DNA of 64,000 nt from Candidatus Methanomethylicaceae archaeon GD_Cm_T35_P0_bin.15 (GTDB lineage: Archaea > Thermoproteota > Methanomethylicia > Methanomethylicales > Methanomethylicaceae), in NCBI GenBank assembly GCA_038801785.1, contig JAULTD010000002.1, positions 7,993 through 71,992 of the forward strand. The letters run 5' to 3'. Every line of letters starts with the position of its first letter. Positions within the stretch are counted from its first letter, which is position 1. Positions 44,607 to 54,792 of this stretch are shown here, one piece after another. Under the pieces are notes generated by a model, which had not been told where the DNA came from, searched no databases, and saw only the letters and a list, made by a program, of their open reading frames with translations. Position numbers and translations under genes: made by a program.

Positions 44607-44772
44607 AAAAAGCGCTCTCCCGCTGGGTCGCTGTTATATTATAGCTTCGGCGGGCGATTATTTTAACCTGTCCGGCGGGAGTCTGCCCCCTCCCTTCCCG
44701 GCTGCACTGCAACAATAAATATGCTCTCGCAATCCTTATACTGTATACGCCAGCAGAGGTAGAGCGGTAAGC

Positions 44773-45780
44773 ATGAGAGTCACAGTCTCCGCCCCCGGCA
44801 AGATAACGCTCTTGGGCGAACACGCCGTCGTCTACGGCGAGCCCGCCATCGTAAGCGCCATCGACCGCCGCATCTATATCGCCGTCGAGTCCAGAACCGA
44901 TAAGTCGATAAGGATATCCGCGCCCGACCTGCAGGTGCCCGGCATGACGCTCACCATGACCGGCAGGGATCTGATCGTTGAGACCGACCGAGTACGGGCA
45001 CAGGGGGCGGTGAGCTACATCCGCAGGGCCATCGACGTAGCCTCCGAGTTCGCCGCGAAGAGGCAGGGTGTGGACGTATATGTAAGCTCCCAGATGCCCG
45101 TCGGCGCCGGCCTCGGAACGTCCGCGGCCGTCTCGATCGGCGTGATCGCCGCCTACCTGCGCATGGCGGGGCAGGAGGTGGAGACGAAGGATCTGGCAAA
45201 GCTGGGGCACTCAACCGAGGCGGGAGTACAGGGCGCTGCCAGCCCGATGGACACCACCATATCGGCGTACGGTGGAACTATCTATCTAAAGCCCTCTGGC
45301 CGGGGGCAGGATCCCATCGTCGAGCCCCTGAGCCCGCCGGTCGAGCTCCCCTATGTCTTGGGGTACACCGAGAGGGAGTCGAACACCGGGGACCTGGTGG
45401 CAAGGGTGAGGCGGCTGAAAGAATCATACCCCGACGTGGTGGACCCGATCATCAAGGCCATCGGGCGGGCGGTGGAGGGATCGAGGAAGGCTATAGCGGG
45501 AGGCGACCTGAACACTCTCGGCTCACTCATGAACATCAACCAGGGGCTGCTGGCGTCTCTGGGCGTCTCGACCAAGAGGCTGAGCGATATGATCTACTCC
45601 GCGAGGAGCGCCGGTGCGCTGGGCGCAAAGCTGACCGGGGCAGGCGGCGGGGGGTGCATGATCGCGCTCTGCCCCGGAAAGGCGGCGGAGGTGACTACTG
45701 CCATAGGCATCACCGGGGGGAGGGCGTTCCAGACCTCGCTCTCGGCCGAGGGCCTCCGATACGAGTCGGTCGAGCCCTAG
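44773..45780 (+). CDS. mvk: mevalonate kinase
   Basis: 335 aa with APGKITLLGEHAVVYG, PVGAGLGTSAAV and KLTGAGGGGCMIAL (GHMP kinase motifs). Confidence 0.9.
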   Translation: MRVTVSAPGKITLLGEHAVVYGEPAIVSAIDRRIYIAVESRTDKSIRISAPDLQVPGMTLTMTGRDLIVETDRVRAQGAVSYIRRAIDVASEFAAKRQGVDVYVSSQMPVGAGLGTSAAVSIGVIAAYLRMAGQEVETKDLAKLGHSTEAGVQGAASPMDTTISAYGGTIYLKPSGRGQDPIVEPLSPPVELPYVLGYTERESNTGDLVARVRRLKESYPDVVDPIIKAIGRAVEGSRKAIAGGDLNTLGSLMNINQGLLASLGVSTKRLSDMIYSARSAGALGAKLTGAGGGGCMIALCPGKAAEVTTAIGITGGRAFQTSLSAEGLRYESVEP

Positions 45781-45886
45781 TGCTGTACCTCTGCCACCGC
45801 CTCTCCTGACTCCCCTCCCCTTTCCCTCCGGCGCCCCCAAGTCGGCCGTGCCAAGGTGAGCGGCTAACGGTAACTCTTATATATGG

Positions 45887-46378
45887 ATGGATAATCTATC
45901 CAGACTTATGAGATCAAGCGTTTGGACCGCAGTAGCCCTTGTATTCCTGGTATGGGCGGTGGGGGCGACGGTCGGGCTTGCCCAGTTCTACCAGACCTCA
46001 CAGAACCAGGCCGTAACCATAAACAACCTCCAGTCCGTGGTGAACGAACTCCAAGGGGTTGTCGGAAACATCTCGATCAGGACAACAATCGGAGTAGATT
46101 ACGGCAACGGTACCATCACCTGGTACAACAATACATACGCTCCGATAGGCTCCACCCTGTTGAACCAGACTATGCGGTTGGCCAGCGTAACCTACGACGT
46201 CTACCCGTTCGGCATCTGGGTCAACGGCATCAACGGCGTCAGGGAGAACGCATCCGCCGGGCAGTACTGGATGATCTACTCATGGTCATCCGGGAACTGG
46301 ATCGAGCTGACGGTGGGTGCCGCTGATTATACCCTCTCGAACGGTGAGATCGTCAAGTGGGCACTAACAAAATTCTGA
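45887..46378 (+). CDS. DUF4430-domain protein with N-terminal membrane anchor
   Basis: 163 aa. FGIWVNGINGVRENASAGQYWMIYSW...LSNGEIVKWAL matches the DUF4430 pattern. T6 terminator at 46396-46401. Confidence 0.65.
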   Translation: MDNLSRLMRSSVWTAVALVFLVWAVGATVGLAQFYQTSQNQAVTINNLQSVVNELQGVVGNISIRTTIGVDYGNGTITWYNNTYAPIGSTLLNQTMRLASVTYDVYPFGIWVNGINGVRENASAGQYWMIYSWSSGNWIELTVGAADYTLSNGEIVKWALTKF

Positions 46379-46588
46379 CCTTTCGTCACCCCCTCTTTTT
46401 TCAGGCGTCTGGCTCAGAGAGATGACGGGCTTACCGACAAGCGGTGCGCTTAAAAAGTTAACCTTCAATGGGGCCCTTCCCCCTCTCACCTCTGCCTGAA
46501 AAAGCTAAAGATTGTAAAAAAATCATTCTTACCGATCCGCAGCCGCTCAGGCCTCTCGGACCGCTAAAGCCGGGCTCTCTCGTCCTGC

Positions 46589-46726
46589 TTACATGCGCCT
46601 TGGCGGCCTTCTCTTGGCCAGGCACTCCCTGCAGTAGACGGGCCTGTTGGGGTCCGGTACGAAGGGAACTTCGCACTCTTTCTGGCAATCAGAGCAGATT
46701 GCCTTGTGCATTTCACGAGCTGCCAT
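46589..46726 (-). CDS. small CxxC-x17-CxxC zinc-ribbon protein (absent from the ORF track, 45 aa)
   Basis: MAAREMHKAICSDCQKECEVPFVPDPNRPVYCRECLAKRRPPRRM*. aaggaggt lies 10 nt upstream of ATG 46726. The C-x2-C-x17-C-x2-C spacing with VPF.P...RPVYC is a recurrent small zinc-ribbon family. Confidence 0.6.
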   Translation of the reverse strand: MAAREMHKAICSDCQKECEVPFVPDPNRPVYCRECLAKRRPPRRM

Positions 46727-46908
46727 TGGATTTCTAACCTCCTTATTTTACTTGGTTGCAAGGATCAGGGCTCTGTCAAGCTCATGGATTCCTGCGGGGA
46801 AAGAATTGACTCGGCTCCCCTATTAAACCTAACTATTACAGTTTCCATGCCAAAGAAGAGCAAGCCTTTTAAGATGGCGGGATACTCCATCCATATAGGG
46901 GCGCTAAA

Positions 46909-47487
46909 ATGAAGGCTGTGCTTCCAAGGACCAAAATGATAAGTTATACCGCCATCATGATCGCCCTGGCTATCTCACTCAGGATCCTGAAGCACGCGCT
47001 TGTCGGTCCCTTCCAGTTCGTCAACTTCCCGGGGGTCTTCACCATCCTGGCAGGCGTCACCTTTGGTCCGGTTACGGGGATGGTGGTCGGATTTGCATCA
47101 TACCTGCTCTCCGATATGATGATCGGACTGCCGGGCCTCTGGACAGCGGTCAACGCCCCGCTCATGGCGGTGGTGGGCGCCGTCAGCGGCCTAATATGGG
47201 GGTGGCGCAACAAGCTCCACATATCCAAGATCGGGCTGGGGATAAGCACATACGTAATGATGTTTGCCTTCGATGTTCTGGCCTCCTGGATCCTTTGGGC
47301 CCTCATAGGGTACGACTGGGTGACCGCCCTCGTCGTCAGCATGATCGGGCTCTTCATCCCGGCGGGCGGCGGATTTCTTTTCGCGGTAGGTCCGATAACA
47401 GAGGCAGTGACCGCCATCCTGGTGGTGACGCTGGTGTTCGCCCTCGCCCGCGGCACGCAAGGGCTGCTTCACCAGCGGCCGTCATGA
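46909..47487 (+). CDS. integral membrane protein (ECF-transporter S-component-like)
   Basis: 192 aa with 5-6 TMs. Its position near the DUF4430 gene is suggestive only. Confidence 0.5.
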   Translation: MKAVLPRTKMISYTAIMIALAISLRILKHALVGPFQFVNFPGVFTILAGVTFGPVTGMVVGFASYLLSDMMIGLPGLWTAVNAPLMAVVGAVSGLIWGWRNKLHISKIGLGISTYVMMFAFDVLASWILWALIGYDWVTALVVSMIGLFIPAGGGFLFAVGPITEAVTAILVVTLVFALARGTQGLLHQRPS

Positions 47488-47611
47488 GAGCGGGAGTTGC
47501 AGAAGAACGGCCGAGGACCGGGTGAGCCGTTGGACGGACGGGCCGGCCGCCTGCTTAATAAGCTTATTATCCACCTCCTCTTCTAGTCTTGTGGAACATG
47601 AGGTCTGTCTT

Positions 47612-48685
47612 ATGGTCACCACGGAAGAGGTCCTGGAAGTCCTGCGCAGGGTCATGGACCCCGAGCTGGGGCTGGATATAGTTACCCTCCAGATGGTAAA
47701 GGAGGTCAAGTTAGAGGGTGAGAAGGTCCGCGTGACGATCGCGCTTACTTCGAAGACGTGCCCCCTCGCCGAGAAGATACGGAAGGACGCCGAGGACGAG
47801 CTGATCAAGGAAGGGATCAACGCTACCGTTGAGCTGACAGTGATGAGCGGGGAGGAGATGGCTCAGATGATGGAGGCCTTGGCCTCACGGGGCGGAGAGC
47901 CGGGCGCGCAGCCGGTCCGGGCCCCCACGGTGCCCCCTCCCGGGAGGCTGCCGAAGATGAAGATCAAGGAGATAATCGCTGTCCTCTCCGGCAAGGGCGG
48001 CGTCGGCAAGTCCTCTGTGGCGGCGATGCTCGCTGCCGAGCTGGTGAGGAGGGGGAAGAAAGTGGGGCTGCTCGACGCAGATATAACGGGGCCGAGTATC
48101 CCGAAGATGTTCGGCCTCACCGAGGCACCGTTTGTCCTCGAGGGGAAGATCCTGCCAGTGCCGTCAAAGACCGGCATAAGGGTGATGTCAATGAACCTGA
48201 TCGCCGGTAAGGAAGAGGCCCCCATCGTCTGGAGAGGCCCCCTCGTGAGCAGCGCCATAAGGCAGTTCTACATCGATGTCGACTGGGGCGAGCTCGACTA
48301 CCTTGTGCTGGACCTGCCGCCGGGGACCAGCGACGCACAGCTGACGGTGATGCAGCTGATCCCGGTGGATGGCATCGTCGTGATAACCTCCCCGCAGGAG
48401 CTTGCCGGTATGATCGTCTCCAAGGCAGTGAACATGGCGACTATGATGAACACGCCGGTTCTGGGCATCATTGAGAACATGAGCTACGTGAAGTGCCCGA
48501 CCGACGGCACCATAATCAATGTCTTCGGGGAACCCAAGGGGAAGAAGTTCGCGGAGAACATCAACGCCAAGTTCCTGGGCTCGCTCCCGCTGGACCCCGA
48601 GATATCAAAAGCGGCGGATACCGGGAAGATCGAGGACTACCAGAGCCCTGAATTCAAGGCAGTGGTTGACCGGCTACTGGAGTAG
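47612..48685 (+). CDS. Mrp/NBP35/ApbC-type iron-sulfur cluster carrier ATPase with N-terminal DUF59 (MIP18) domain
   Basis: MVTTEEVLEVLRRVMDPELGLDIVTL (DUF59), deviant Walker A SGKGGVGKSS, and a C-terminal CP context. An internal ATG 47612 is preferred. Confidence 0.9.
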   Translation: MVTTEEVLEVLRRVMDPELGLDIVTLQMVKEVKLEGEKVRVTIALTSKTCPLAEKIRKDAEDELIKEGINATVELTVMSGEEMAQMMEALASRGGEPGAQPVRAPTVPPPGRLPKMKIKEIIAVLSGKGGVGKSSVAAMLAAELVRRGKKVGLLDADITGPSIPKMFGLTEAPFVLEGKILPVPSKTGIRVMSMNLIAGKEEAPIVWRGPLVSSAIRQFYIDVDWGELDYLVLDLPPGTSDAQLTVMQLIPVDGIVVITSPQELAGMIVSKAVNMATMMNTPVLGIIENMSYVKCPTDGTIINVFGEPKGKKFAENINAKFLGSLPLDPEISKAADTGKIEDYQSPEFKAVVDRLLE

Positions 48686-48702
48686 GAGGCGGCCGCGCCC
48701 AG

Positions 48703-48832
48703 CTCTCGCCCTCTCTTCTCTTCTCTTCTCTCCTCTCCTCTCCTCTCCTCTCCTCTCCTCTCCTCTTTCTTCTTCGCTCTTCTCTTGCCTCTCCCCTACC
48801 CAGCCCTATCCTCTCTTCCCTTTCCTTCTCTG
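48703..48832. repeat. ~130-nt homopyrimidine (plus strand) tract with (tctcc)n core in a convergent intergenic region
   Basis: ctctcttctcttctcttctctcctctcctctcctctcctctcctctcctctttcttcttcgctcttctcttgcctctcccc... fills essentially the whole gap between 48685 (+ stop) and 48835 (- stop). Confidence 0.85.
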
Positions 48833-48834
48833 AC

Positions 48835-49602
48835 CTATCCCCTGCTGGCTGAGCCGGGTCTAAAACCCGTGCCTGTCCCGACGCTCGAAAATTTGGCGGA
48901 CTCCTTATTGTAGCAGACCGGGCACTTCCTGAAATAGAACGGGACGTAGAACTTGCCCTCCGCAGCGTGTACGGGGCACTCGAACTCCTTCATCTTCCCC
49001 CCTAGATTATGCCACCGTATCTCGACCCTGCCGTTGCTGATCTCGAGGGTCCAGTAGCAGCCAAGGAGGGGGGACGATCCGTGGGTCCCGTCGCGGTAGA
49101 GGAAGGCGAGGTTGAGGTAGTTGCCGTTGCGCTGCCCGGCGTGGGTGTGGCCCTCCACGTGTATAAGGGCGTCAGAGGCGACCCCTTTATCATAGTGGGT
49201 CATATACACCGCGCCGCTGGCGAGGTCCTTCCGCGAGGTCACCTTCAGGCCGCCTATGTCTACGGAGGGCGCCATCTCGAGCATAAAGCCGTTGCTGAGC
49301 GATTGGAGTATCTCCATCAGCGCCCTGTTGCGGTCCTTCGCCTCCTGCTCAGGGAGCGACTCGTCCCCGAAGAGGGGATAGTCCCGGTTCCCCAGCGTAA
49401 AGAGGTACTTTATACCGAAGGACTCGAGGGACGAGAGTACCGCCTTGAACTGTTTCACCATGGCGTTGAAGGAGCTGGCGAAGAATGCATTGGTCAGGTC
49501 CCCCGGGATGATCATGAGGTCATAGTCCTCGCTGATATTGCCCTTGAGGGCCCGGAGCGCTCCCAAGTTGCCGTGGATATCACTGAAAGCAAGGATCTTC
49601 AA
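48835..49602 (-). CDS. calcineurin-like metallophosphoesterase with C-terminal zinc-ribbon
   Basis: 255 aa with ILAFSDIHGN, PGDLTN, GNRD and GHTHAG. The C-terminus carries CPVH...CPVC. Confidence 0.8.
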   Translation of the reverse strand: MKILAFSDIHGNLGALRALKGNISEDYDLMIIPGDLTNAFFASSFNAMVKQFKAVLSSLESFGIKYLFTLGNRDYPLFGDESLPEQEAKDRNRALMEILQSLSNGFMLEMAPSVDIGGLKVTSRKDLASGAVYMTHYDKGVASDALIHVEGHTHAGQRNGNYLNLAFLYRDGTHGSSPLLGCYWTLEISNGRVEIRWHNLGGKMKEFECPVHAAEGKFYVPFYFRKCPVCYNKESAKFSSVGTGTGFRPGSASRG

Positions 49603-49859
49603 CTGGTAAACCGCCCCTTCGCCAGAGCCACTGCAACGAGCAGAAGCGTGGATGATAATTGCGCAGAGGTGGGATATTAAGTTAAGTTAAGCTGGCTGCA
49701 ACTCCCCGGGGCCGGAACGCGGGATGCGCTGCAGTGGCGTCTGACTGGCGCGCAACACCTGCCTCGCCCGCCCTGGCGGCCTTGCCCATGCCTCCTAACA
49801 AAGTTTTAATCGGGGCGGCTGGAAGGTACTATGAATACCGACGTGGGTAGTGGGAGACG

Positions 49860-52583
49860 TTGGATCAAGAAGACGCCTGGCATACCCTGAAGAGCGAGGA
49901 GGCGCTCCTGAAGCTGGCGACAAGCGAGGAGGGCCTGACGACAGCCGAGGCAGAGAGGAGGCTCCAGACGTACGGGGCAAACGAGCTGGAGGAAGAGAGG
50001 GGACCATCAAGACTGGCCCTCATCGCGCACCAGCTGAAGAGCCCCCTCATCGCGGTGCTCGTTACGGCCGCGCTGATATCTTTCTCCATCGGGGAATACA
50101 TCGACATGTCTGTCATCGTCGTCATCATAGTCTTCAATACCATCATAGGATTCTTCCAGGAGTACAAGGCAGAGTCCGCCCTCCAAGCCCTGAAGACCAT
50201 GACGGCGCCGGAAGCGGGCGTGATCAGGGACGGGCTCGAGACGCGCGTCAAGACCAGGGAGATCGTGCCGGGCGACGTAATAACCCTGAACGCCGGCGAC
50301 AAGGTCCCCGCCGACGCCCGCATCTTCGAGGCACTGAACCTCGAGATGGACGAGTCGATGCTGACCGGCGAATCGACACCCGTAAAGAAGACTGCCATGC
50401 CCCTAGGAGGAGATCTGCAGATAGCCGACAGGGTGAATATGGTCTTCTCAGGGACAATAGTCACGCGCGGAAGGGCAAAGGCCGTCGTCGTCCTGACCGG
50501 AATGAGGACCGAGATAGGCAAGATAGCCAAGCTGATAAAGGAGACCGGGAAGGCCGAGACCCCGATCCAGAGGCAGACAACTGATCTGAGCAAGAAGCTC
50601 GGACTGTTCGCGCTGCTGGCAAGCGGCATTATCCTGGTGATCAGCCTCCTTCGTGGCTTTGAGTTCATCGAGGCGTTCCTCTTCGTCCTGGCGGCGGCCG
50701 TCTCAGCCATACCTGAGGGGCTGCCCGTGGTGATCACGATAACCCTGGCGATCGGCGTGAACCGTATGGCGAGGCGGAACGCCATAATCAGGCGCCTGCA
50801 GGCGGTCGATACGCTGGGCTCTGCCACGGCGATCTGCACGGACAAGACGGGTACGCTGACGACCAACCAGATGACCGTCCAGAAGATCTTCACGGACGGG
50901 CGAACTATCCGGGTCACTGGCGCAGGCTACGCCCCCGAGGGGCGCTTCGAGGAGGACGGCCGTCCTGTGGATCCGGCAGAAGATGGGCAGCTCGGCCTAC
51001 TGCTCAGGATAGCCGCCCTCTGCAACGATGCGAGCCTGAAGCAGCACAAGCTCGACGGAGGGAGCCGGTGGGGGATCCAAGGCGACCCGACGGAGGGTGC
51101 CTTGGTCGTCGCCGCGGCAAAGGCAGGGCTCGAGAAAGACCGGCTGGAGGAGACGTATCCCCGTGTGGACGAGATCCCGTTTGACTCGAAAGACCGGTAC
51201 ATGGCCACCTTCCACACCTTCCACAAGGCCGGAGAGGGGAGGCTGGGCGTCTACGTCAAAGGCGCGCCCGAGAACATACTGGAAAAATGCTCCAGAGTCC
51301 TTGAGGGGGGCAGGGCGGAGCAGCTGACCCCGAAGAAGAAGGAGGAGATCATGAGGGCCAGCACCCAGATGGCACGCGAAGCGCTGAGGGTTCTGGCCCT
51401 TGCCTATGATCTGATAGACGAGGGGAGGCTCGGGGAGGTCAAGGCGGGCCTCCAGGCCGGCAGCTCCCACCTGATATTCGCGGGCCTCGTCGGGATGATT
51501 GACCCGCCCAGGGCCGAAGCCAAGCCCGCTGTCGATCTCTGCAAGAAGGCGGGGATCCGGGTGATCATGGCCACCGGGGATCACATGCTCACCGCGGAGG
51601 CGATAGCGAAGGAGATCGGCATCCTCGAGGAGGGACCCGGGGTCCTCGAGGGCGTCGACATCGACCGAATGTCCGACAGCGAGCTGGATGCCGCGGTAAG
51701 CAAGACTTCTGTCTTCGCCCGCGTCTCCCCCGAGCACAAGCACCGCATCGTCGAGTCCCTGAAGCGCAACGGCCACGTAGTTGCCATGACAGGCGACGGA
51801 GTCAATGATGCCCCCGCCCTGAAGGCGGCTGCTATAGGCATCTCCATGGGCATCACGGGTACCGATGTGACGAAAGAGACTGCCGACATGGTCCTGACCG
51901 ACGACAACTTTGCGAGCATCGTCAGCGCGGTCGAGGAGGGGCGCGTGGTCTTTGAGAACATCAGGAAGGTCGTCAAATACCTCATCTCGACCAACACGGG
52001 AGAGATCGTCACGATACTCTCCGCCCTCGTCCTCCTGCCGGGCGCGCCCCTCATATTCACCCCTGTCCAGATCCTCTGGGTTAACTTGGTTACCGACGGC
52101 CTACTCGACAAGTTCATAGCGATGGAGCCGAAGGAGAAGGGCATCATGGATCAGCCCCCGCGGAAGCCCGGCGAGAGGATAATCAACCGGGACATGGTCC
52201 TGAACATTCTCTACGTGAGCATCTTCATGGCCGTCGGAACACTCTGGCTCTTCACGACCGAGTGGAACAACGGGGACCTCCGGAGGGCCCAGACCATGGC
52301 CTTCACCGTTATCGCGATGTTCCAGGTCTTCAACTCGCTGAACTGCAGGTCGAGGACGGCCTCCATCTTCAGGCTCGGCCTGGCTACCAATAAATACCTT
52401 CTGGCGGGCATTACCGCCTCCGTCTCGCTTCAGGTGCTGGCGACATTCCTTCCTCCCCTACAGATTGCGCTGGGTACAGTCCAGCTCTCGATCTGGGACT
52501 GGGCGACGATATTCCTCCTCTCCAGCACGGTCCTGATAGCCGATGAGATAAGGAAGCTGGTCATGGGCCGAAAGAGGAAGTGA
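49860..52583 (+). CDS. cation-transporting P-type ATPase (P2, Ca2+-ATPase-like)
   Basis: 907 aa with TGES, ICTDKTGTLT, MATGDH and TGDGVNDAPAL, plus 10-TM topology. TTG start; a stop at 49848 excludes anything upstream. Confidence 0.92.
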   Translation: MDQEDAWHTLKSEEALLKLATSEEGLTTAEAERRLQTYGANELEEERGPSRLALIAHQLKSPLIAVLVTAALISFSIGEYIDMSVIVVIIVFNTIIGFFQEYKAESALQALKTMTAPEAGVIRDGLETRVKTREIVPGDVITLNAGDKVPADARIFEALNLEMDESMLTGESTPVKKTAMPLGGDLQIADRVNMVFSGTIVTRGRAKAVVVLTGMRTEIGKIAKLIKETGKAETPIQRQTTDLSKKLGLFALLASGIILVISLLRGFEFIEAFLFVLAAAVSAIPEGLPVVITITLAIGVNRMARRNAIIRRLQAVDTLGSATAICTDKTGTLTTNQMTVQKIFTDGRTIRVTGAGYAPEGRFEEDGRPVDPAEDGQLGLLLRIAALCNDASLKQHKLDGGSRWGIQGDPTEGALVVAAAKAGLEKDRLEETYPRVDEIPFDSKDRYMATFHTFHKAGEGRLGVYVKGAPENILEKCSRVLEGGRAEQLTPKKKEEIMRASTQMAREALRVLALAYDLIDEGRLGEVKAGLQAGSSHLIFAGLVGMIDPPRAEAKPAVDLCKKAGIRVIMATGDHMLTAEAIAKEIGILEEGPGVLEGVDIDRMSDSELDAAVSKTSVFARVSPEHKHRIVESLKRNGHVVAMTGDGVNDAPALKAAAIGISMGITGTDVTKETADMVLTDDNFASIVSAVEEGRVVFENIRKVVKYLISTNTGEIVTILSALVLLPGAPLIFTPVQILWVNLVTDGLLDKFIAMEPKEKGIMDQPPRKPGERIINRDMVLNILYVSIFMAVGTLWLFTTEWNNGDLRRAQTMAFTVIAMFQVFNSLNCRSRTASIFRLGLATNKYLLAGITASVSLQVLATFLPPLQIALGTVQLSIWDWATIFLLSSTVLIADEIRKLVMGRKRK

Positions 52584-52738
52584 ACGCCGAGGACTTGCGC
52601 TGGCAGTCTTGCCAGAGGTCAATGCGGCTGATCATCCGTTTCCCTACCCGGCGTTCTCCCCGGCCATCGCCTATTATGTTTGCCCCCGCCTGCTTCTTTC
52701 TGGGAGGCATACGGCTGGAACGTTATAGCACCAGCATC

Positions 52739-54769
52739 TTACAGGAAATATGACAGGAGCCGAGACGCCAGACCGCCAACCGCTATCGCCGCCATAATAT
52801 TTGCCAGCGAGATCGTCGCAGCCGCTCTCCATCCGAACTCCCTCCCGAGGATCGCTACTGTGGAGAGGCACGGCAGATAGAGCATCGAGACCAGCGCCAG
52901 GGTGACCAGCTGCACAGGCGAGAAGTACAGCGCCAAGTTGGTCGTACCGAAGATGGCCACGGCGCCCAAGAGCACAAACTCTTTGCGTACAGTGCCGAGG
53001 ATGAGCAATATCCCAACGGCTGCTGGCAGACCGAGCCACTGGACAGTCAACGGCGACAACGCATCGCTCAGGGGCGTCAATGCGTCTAGGGCATACAGGG
53101 CCTGGACCGCGGCACTGCCGACTATGTAGATCGGAAAGACTAGGTAGATCAGCGATTTGGTACGGGCCCACGTCTGCCTGACTATCACCTCGAGTGAGGG
53201 CACCCTGAAGCTGGGCATCTCCATTATCAAGCCCGTGGACCTGCCCGGAACCACTTTCATCGCCACGCGGCCCATCAGGAAGATCAAAGCCACGTCCACC
53301 ACGTACAGGGCAAGCGCCCACTGGATGCCCAGAAACGCGCCGACCAGCCCTAAAATGACTAGCGTCCTCGCGGCGCACGGGGCAAAAGTTATGGCAAAGG
53401 CGGCCAGGAGCCGTTCACGCCTCGTCTCCATGATCTTGCACGAGTGGACCGCAGGGACGCTGCAGCCATAGCCGAGGATCAGCGGAATTAAGGCTTTACC
53501 GTGCAGGCCGATCCTGTGCATAGCGCTATCCATCATAAACGCTACCCTCGTAAGCAGCCCCGAATCCTCGATCGCCGCCAACAACAGGTAGAACGGGATT
53601 ATGTATGGTATGACCAGTGTGAGCCCCGCCACCAGCCCGCCAAGTATGCCGCTCCACAATGCGCCTGGAACCGATCCGCCGATTGCTGGCCCGAGCGGCA
53701 CAACGGCGCTGAACGCTTGTGAGATGGCCTCCGAGAGCAGGTTGCCGACAATAAACGTCCACAGCAGCAGGCCTGCTACTATGCCCGCAGAAGTAACGTA
53801 CCCGAGGACCCTGTGGGTCGTCAGCGAGTCGAGCCGCTCAATGAAACTCTTCTCGACAGCCTTCTGCCGCAGCGCACGTCTGGCAATCGAGCTTGCCAAC
53901 GAGTACCGCTCGGAGGCGATGACCGAGAAGCAGGGCTCCTGGCAACTGTCTGCCAGATCCTGCGCAAAGATCCCGGCCATGCTGGCAACTTTCTGGGACC
54001 TTGAGGCCACCAGCTTGGTGATCTCTGCGTCCCCCTCGAGAAGTTTTATGGCGACCCAGCGAGGGGGGTATCCGAGTCCGGGCTGCTCCGACTCGATCAG
54101 CCCCGCCAGCTCCCCGACGGCCCTCTCGACCTCTGCCCTATACCTGATCTCTCTCCGCGGCGGCCTGCCGAAGGCAACTTGGACGGCAGTCTTTACCAGC
54201 TCGTAAACGCCCTCCCCGCGGGTAGCGACAGTAAGCACAACCGGCACACCGAGGGCCTCCTCAAGCTCCTTCCTGTCTATAGTTATACCCCTCTTCTTTG
54301 CCTCGTCCACCCGGTTCAGGCATACAACCAGCGGGACATCCATCTCGATAAGCTGGATTGTGAAGAAGAGGTTGCGCTCGAGGATGGACGCGTCGAGGAC
54401 ATTGATGACCACATCGGGTCTCTCGAGGGCGATATAGTCGCGCGAGACGATCTCTTCCATGGAGAATGTGGAGAACGAGTAGATGCCGGGCAGATCGATG
54501 ACCGTGACCTCGTAATCCTCAAAGAGCAGCGTGCCCTCTGCCCGGTCAACAGTCTTGCCGGGCCAGTTGCCGATGATCTGGTTCGAGCTGGTGAGCTGGT
54601 TAAAGATCACGCTCTTGCCGACGTTTGCGTTTCCAGCCAAAGCGATCGTCAAATGCCTGCCCTTTTTCTCCTCCTTCTCTTCTTTCTTCTCCTTCTCCTT
54701 CTCCTTCTCCTCGTCTCTATCCTCCGCTTCACTGTCGTGCCGTTTTTCCAAAGATATGCTGGGCTTCAT
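52739..54769 (-). CDS. feoB: ferrous iron transporter FeoB with Glu/Lys-rich N-terminal extension
   Basis: 676 aa. G-domain GNANVGKS and DLPG, plus a polytopic membrane domain. The first ~35 aa (EDRDEEKEKEKEKKEEKEEKKG) are encoded by a CT/GA low-complexity tract (54655-54725). Confidence 0.92.
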   Translation of the reverse strand: MKPSISLEKRHDSEAEDRDEEKEKEKEKKEEKEEKKGRHLTIALAGNANVGKSVIFNQLTSSNQIIGNWPGKTVDRAEGTLLFEDYEVTVIDLPGIYSFSTFSMEEIVSRDYIALERPDVVINVLDASILERNLFFTIQLIEMDVPLVVCLNRVDEAKKRGITIDRKELEEALGVPVVLTVATRGEGVYELVKTAVQVAFGRPPRREIRYRAEVERAVGELAGLIESEQPGLGYPPRWVAIKLLEGDAEITKLVASRSQKVASMAGIFAQDLADSCQEPCFSVIASERYSLASSIARRALRQKAVEKSFIERLDSLTTHRVLGYVTSAGIVAGLLLWTFIVGNLLSEAISQAFSAVVPLGPAIGGSVPGALWSGILGGLVAGLTLVIPYIIPFYLLLAAIEDSGLLTRVAFMMDSAMHRIGLHGKALIPLILGYGCSVPAVHSCKIMETRRERLLAAFAITFAPCAARTLVILGLVGAFLGIQWALALYVVDVALIFLMGRVAMKVVPGRSTGLIMEMPSFRVPSLEVIVRQTWARTKSLIYLVFPIYIVGSAAVQALYALDALTPLSDALSPLTVQWLGLPAAVGILLILGTVRKEFVLLGAVAIFGTTNLALYFSPVQLVTLALVSMLYLPCLSTVAILGREFGWRAAATISLANIMAAIAVGGLASRLLSYFL

Positions 54770-54792
54770 TCTATGTCATCCTCCCGCCCTCG

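Noticed and set aside
44551-45210. 219-aa minus-strand ORF antisense to mevalonate kinase; also 52674..53378, 49865..50917, 18388..19158, 21039..21746 and many other long antisense ORFs
   Set aside because: Each overlaps a gene with unmistakable family motifs on the opposite strand and has Arg/Gly/Pro-biased, motif-free sequence typical of shadow ORFs in high-GC DNA.
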